From Rhizaria sp. SCN 62-66 (Eukaryota), in the NCBI GenBank assembly GCA_001724265.1, contig MEDY01000006.1, positions 62,001-126,000 of the forward strand: a DNA stretch of 64,000 nucleotides, given 5' to 3'. Under the pieces are notes generated by a model, which saw only the letters and a list, made by a program, of their open reading frames with translations, was not told where the DNA came from and did not search any database. Of this stretch, positions 59,201-64,000 are shown one piece after another (the first letter of the stretch is position 1; each line of letters begins with the position of its first letter). The translations under genes and the position numbers were made by a program.

Positions 59201-60493
59201 GTCGCCGCGGCCAGCTCGTCCACGGGCGGTCCCCGAGACATGAGGTCCGTGACGCCCAGCTTGACGAAGAGCTGCGCAAGCACGTGCGCGTCCGTGACCG
59301 TGGGGACCAGCCCGCCGCGGAGGGCCCACACGACCAGGTCGGCGGCGTTGAGGCACTTGGCCGCCGCGGGGCCGCCAGGGAGCCCCGCGTTGTGGGCCGA
59401 GGAGGAGGACCACCAGGAAAAGCCGTTGTTGGCTGAGGAGGCGAAGCGGTCGACAACGAGCCCCGCGCGGACCAGGCAGAAGAAGAGCTTGAGCAGGATC
59501 CGGCGCGCGCGCGACGTCTCCAGCGCCAGGTCGCGCAGAGACGGGGTCGGGGCGCCGCTGTCGCCAGCGCCCATGGCCCCGCTGCCCGCGCTGCTGCTGC
59601 TGCTGCTGCTGCTGAGGGCGCTCGCACTGCCTGATAACGACGACGACGCGGTGGGGGAGGCGGGGGAGACGAGGGACGCGATGCTCAGGGTGGACATGAG
59701 CGGACCGGGGGAGTTGGGGACCGCGATCGGCAGTTGCTGCTGGTGGTGTTGCTGGTGCTGCTGCTGCAGCGAGTTGGCGCCGCCGCCGACGACGGCGGTA
59801 AGGTGGCTGATGTGCGACACGAGCCGCTCGCGTGCGTTAAGCAGCGCCACCAGGTCGGCGCGGATGCCGTGCTCCTGCGCGCGCGCCGTGCGCAGACGCT
59901 CCGTAAAGGCCGTGATCACGTAGTCGACCTGCGCGCAGAAGCAAGTGTGGATAAACAAGCGAAAAATCAAAAATTCAAACAGAAAGAATAAAAGACAAAA
60001 AGTGAGACTTGAGTGTCATGGCTTTGTGTGATGTGTGTGTGTGCGTCTTTGTTGCGCAATGGATGCGTACCTGCGTGAAGACGGGCGGGTGGCTGGGGTC
60101 GTCGACCGACGGAGCGCGCGCCCGCGTCTGCGGCTGCGGGGCCATCGCCGGCGAGTGCTGCTGCTGCTGCTGCTGCTGCTGTTGCTGTTGTTGTGAGCTC
60201 CTGCTGCTATCATTGGAGTGCGCGAGCGGTGCAAACATGGCGACAGCGGCCGCCACGGTCGGCGAGGGTGCACCCGCCCCGCCGCCGCCGCCGCTAGAGC
60301 TGCTGCTACTCAGACTGCTGCCGCTGCTGCTGCTGCTGTTGCTGTTGTTACAGCTCGTGTGGCCGCTGGCCGCGTTGCTGCTGCTGGAGGCGAGCAACGC
60401 AGCGAAGGGAAAGGCGTGCACCATAATAGACGAGACCATCGACGACGACGTGTTGTTGGGGTTCGCCGCCGGCGCGGGCACATGCGAGTGGCT

Positions 60494-60546
<53 letters not shown>

Positions 60547-61162
60547 CTTGACCGTTGGAGCTTGAGCTGGAGCTTGTGGCAGCAGCAGCGGGTGCGGCGG
60601 ACGGGGCGGGGCGGCGCCCGGCAAGCGGCTGCGGCCCCGCGAAGGGCAGCGCGGCGGGCGGGAGCGTGGGGAGCAGCGCGGCGGCCTCCCGCGAGAGGTC
60701 GAGCCCTTCGCTCACGACGCGCGACAGACTGGCCGCGATCGTCGTCAGCCGGTCCAGCCGCGCGTCAGCCGTGTTGCGCCGGTCCAGCAAGGCCTCGATC
60801 TCGGCCCACACCAGCTGCGGCGTAGGCAGCGACGCGTCACCGGCCTCAGGCGCGGTCGCTTGACTGGCGGCAATGGCGGCGGTGGGGGAGGCAGCGGAGG
60901 AGCGCTCGAGGGCGCGCTCCAGTTCGTTGCGGAGGGCCTCTTCGCGCACGTCAATGTCCTTGCGCTTGGCAGTAAGGTCGGCAAGCTCGCGGCGAAGAAA
61001 GTTAAGCGCGTTGAGCAAGTGGGACTTGGCTTGGAGCTTGATACTCGAAGTCTAGTTGAGGTGGAGGCGCAGACGCTTCTCGTCCTCTTGGAGGAGCCAG
61101 GATGCGCTGAGGTGCACCACCAGCTGCTCGTGGGGAGACAGAACGGAATATCCCGTGGACAT
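53252..61162 (-). CDS. VPS9-domain (Rab5-family GEF) protein with N-terminal coiled coil, DEP-like segment and PH domain; exons 60071-61162, 56570-59928, 54790-56430, 53252-54665; 2501 aa; in-frame TAG at 61052-61054
   Basis: VPS9 motifs PMDKLIAI, IIIGADDLLILFALILIR and GYYLATMQAAVELL. PH motifs ILHSGWLIKV...RRFFIF...YE and LLLASQSPDERRRWLRAL. Three phase-compatible introns (59929-60070, 56431-56569, 54666-54789). ATG at 61162 gives MSTGYSVLSPHEQL... Ends TGA. Confidence 0.8.
59061..59096 (-). repeat. (AAC)n coding microsatellite, poly-Asn
   Basis: Run of gtt triplets on the + strand, encoding NNKNNNNNNNNK. Confidence 0.75.
60158..60192 (-). repeat. (CAG/CAA)n coding microsatellite, poly-Gln
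   Basis: Run of ctg/ttg triplets on the + strand within exon 1 of the VPS9 gene. Confidence 0.85.
60500..60546 (-). repeat. (CAG)n coding microsatellite, poly-Gln
   Basis: About 15 ctg triplets on the + strand with one ttg interruption. Confidence 0.85.
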
Positions 61163-61569
61163 TCTGTCTCACTATACTCGAATAGAGATGCAGCAGAGCG
61201 AAAAAGTGGCAAGACAAGGCATGAGGGAGGCAAGTGGAAGTGGCACGTCGCTTGCCGTGCGAACCGGGCAAAAAATCGAAGCAAAACTAAAAAGACTAAT
61301 GCAGGCCAAATACGACGTCAGTTCAAACACGATAGCGTGTGAAAAATTGACCCATTTTAAAGTGTAATTAAGTTCAATTCGAACATCAAACAACGACGAA
61401 TTCACTTGATAAGCCTCTTTTCTAAACTCGCGTCACACAACGCCTCTGCTCCTTTCCCACATCTCCCTGCTCCCACAGCCGTGTCCCTCAAGTTTGCTCA
61501 AAAGAAGATTCAACGTGCGCCAAAACCTGTGTAGTCGCATACTAGTGCCGTTTTGGCGTTCGCGTTCTG
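61163..61569. promoter_or_regulatory. Probable bidirectional promoter region of about 400 bp between divergent genes
   Basis: AT-richer spacer between the ATG at 61162 (-) and the ATG at 61570 (+). No specific element identified. Confidence 0.4.
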
Positions 61570-62238
61570 ATGTCATATACGCCCGCGCGCCAAGTCGCGT
61601 CCACAGTTGGTGGGACTTCCCCTTCGACGCCGCCGACCCAGTCTGCTTCTGCAGCTGGTCGCGGCGCTCAATACCCCCCGCCGCGGTCGTCATCGCGTCT
61701 TCCTGGCCGCATGGGCCCTCCGCAGCGTGCGTCATCCGTGCAGCACGACAAGGACCCCGTGATGGCCGTCATTGATGACTTCATGGCGATGTTTCCCGCC
61801 GTTCCGCAGCAGGCTGAGATGGACGAGCTTCACGCAGTCAACGCCAACGTCAACGCCAGCACCAGCGCCAACTCGCAGATTAATCACATTCTCTCGCTGG
61901 CGTCCTCGTCTTCGTCCTCCTCCGCGCTGGCTGCTGTGGGCAGCGAGCCGCACCCGCTGGCCGCCGCCACAGCCTCTGCGGGGCCGGACGCCGCCGCGCT
62001 CATCTCCGCCTCCGCCGCGCTCGCCGCCGCTGCCGCCGCTGCCGCCGCGTCCAGCGACGCCAGCCGCGAGCTGGCGGCAGCCGCACGCCTTGCTCCGAGT
62101 GCCGGCGGTGTCGGTGTTGGCGTCGGCGTCGGTGTGCTCGACGTGAGGCAGCAGGACGCGGCGCTCGTGGCCGCAGTGACGCATGAAGCGCTGGAACTCG
62201 TGGCGTCGCTCTCTGAGGACGCGTGGCGATACGAGTGA
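61570..62238 (+). CDS. Small Ala-rich protein, 222 aa; possible SAMBA/APC16-like APC/C-associated protein
   Basis: GC-rich ORF from ATG to TGA between AT-rich flanks. The C-terminal LVASLSEDAWRYE resembles the L-E-x-D-x-W-x-F motif of SAMBA/ANAPC16. The gene is likely real; the family call is tentative. Confidence 0.55.
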   Translation: MSYTPARQVASTVGGTSPSTPPTQSASAAGRGAQYPPPRSSSRLPGRMGPPQRASSVQHDKDPVMAVIDDFMAMFPAVPQQAEMDELHAVNANVNASTSANSQINHILSLASSSSSSSALAAVGSEPHPLAAATASAGPDAAALISASAALAAAAAAAAASSDASRELAAAARLAPSAGGVGVGVGVGVLDVRQQDAALVAAVTHEALELVASLSEDAWRYE

Positions 62239-64000
62239 AGTGCTGGCACGCATCTATTCGCGATTCATTCGACGCAAGTGGCGTCTACTTTGCTGTGTCA
62301 TTTGTGAGCGTACTTGTGCAGTGGCAGCTAAATTGTCATGTTTACCTATTAAAGTAATGTTACCTAGCCGAAACACTCCCAGTGTGTATTGTCGAGTCAT
62401 AATTTTTCAAAACTCACGCGCTTTATATTACCAAAAGCTGAAGTAAGTCACAAATGTACTCTACTTATTAATACAAGTGCTTTAAGGTCTATTTGTGACA
62501 ACTTTGGCTACATAAGTACGTCCTATGTACAATAGCGGACGCTATTTCGACGTACAGGGTATTTGGCCCAAATCTGAAAGCCGTCAGGTCAGGAGGAAGG
62601 CCGACACCATCCGTACACACGCTTATTAGATCAAAAAGTACGTGCTCACGATTGAAGAGCACCGGCGGGACGTATTCAGCGGTTGCTTAGTCGGTTACAG
62701 CAAGTTCTCTGATGGGTGTGATGAGTGGATCATTTGGTCAACGGCACTGCGCGAGCTTATCTCAGTCATCGAGATTGTTGATGTGACATTAGAAAATATT
62801 GAAGCTCGACTAGTGACTTCACATGCAATCTTTGACAATTTGTTTAAACAAAAAAAAAGTATGTCTACTAGTATGAGCTTCCATATACAATGTACATTGT
62901 AAGCTTATAGATATACAAGCGGGGAGTGTCGTGCGGCGTTATGTGATGTTAAAACAAAGCGTGTATTAAATAATAAGGGCTTGTAGCTGAGAAGGTAGAC
63001 AAGGACAAGAGTACACAAGTGTACGATGTGCATTCCATGCTCAAACTGACAGTGAGACAAAAAGTATGAAAATAGTACTATTTAGCTTTGACAAAGCAAA
63101 TTGTGAACGTGCATATGATCACTGTCAATAAGTGCCTGGGTGGGCATGACGGACGAAACACGAACACGTGTCAGAAGTACTTCATCAGTTCGCTTACATG
63201 TACATCAAAGAAGTGATAAAGTAATTATGTAGACGCTTGTGGTTGAAAAGCAACGAAATATATAGTACAATACAGGATAACTAATTGTAGACAATTACAA
63301 CATATCGAAAATAATTTCGACATCGGTAGTGATTAATAGAATGACAAAAAGCGTGATGGATAGTTGGGATACTAATTGTGAAAGCAAAACAGCCACAACA
63401 AAAGAAACCAAAAAAGTTATCCTCTGGTTTGTGATCTGCTGAAGATGAAAAATAGACAACAGTAGAAGACTTGAGGGATAAAAGAAAAACGATGAAGAAA
63501 TACAAAAATGACCGCAACAACAAAACGAGCTCAATGAAACTATAATCAAGCAACCAAGAGACCGTGGAATCGCCATCAACAAAGTCACGGACGAAGTGAA
63601 GACCAAGTCGCAAGGAGCAGAGAACCAATCATATGCTTGCTCAGCCTTCAATGACAAGAAAATGAGTTGTTGTGGTTGTTGTTACCACTGATGAAGTTGT
63701 GGTTGTTCGTTCAATGGTAGGTGTGGTACAGACAATAAAAGGCAGACAAGCGCATGCAAAAGACTGACATAACTGACACAGGCAGAGATTGTGACGAGTG
63801 ATCGTCACTGACGTAATTGAGCTAAGCGAAGATAAGTGTCGCTTAGTTTTGAATTAGCTTACTTTAGTTTGAATTACTTTAGTTCAGCTTAATATCAGCG
63901 GAATGAATTGACTCGATTGCTTCTTTCGAATCACTGGTATCATTGAGCGTCATCGCGTTGCCTGTTCGACGTTGACATTGAACACGAGCACATTATGCAA

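Noticed and set aside
8683-61054. Pseudogene, programmed-readthrough, pyrrolysine or A-to-I editing (UAG to Trp) explanations for the TAGs
   Set aside because: Disfavoured but not excluded: there is no other decay, no common downstream motif, no pyl genes in this eukaryotic window, and Trp is improbable at six mostly polar low-complexity sites. These alternatives also do not explain the lack of TAG termini. RNA reads would settle editing.
62300-64000. Short hydrophobic ORFs (62642-62902, 63281-63628, 63295-63657) and short TTAGTTTGAATTA-like repeats near 63843-63885
   Set aside because: AT-rich with no recognisable motif and no consistent exon model. These could be UTR or exons of a gene beyond the window, but I cannot support a call.
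1-64000. Suppressor tRNA-CUA, rRNA, CRISPR array or transposon
   Set aside because: None recognised by eye; a tRNAscan-SE/Infernal run is needed to exclude small RNAs.

Overview
Gene-dense nuclear DNA from a flagellated microbial eukaryote: GC-rich exons, short AT-rich GT-AG introns and short intergenic spacers. I can model 12 protein-coding genes: a giant permuted NlpC/P60 (papain-like) protein running off the left edge, ITFG2, VPS52, a 7-exon coiled-coil protein, a plant/bacterial-type glutaminyl cyclase, an atypical SDR with Cys motifs, CFAP47, a DEP-like/PH/VPS9 protein, a possible SAMBA/APC16-like protein and three low-complexity hypothetical proteins. The main observation is a probable non-standard nuclear genetic code. 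Six in-frame TAG codons (8683, 9481, 48477, 48549, 49005, 61052; all minus strand) interrupt three otherwise intact genes. I saw no in-frame TAA or TGA in those frames, and all 11 modelled gene ends use TAA (6) or TGA (5), never TAG. In the first gene the two TAGs lie between the catalytic-His half and the catalytic-Cys half of one domain, so the enzyme is intact only if UAG is read as sense. The encoded amino acid cannot be determined from this window. No rRNA, tRNA, CRISPR array or mobile element was recognised. Family assignments rest on motif recognition from memory, not database searches.
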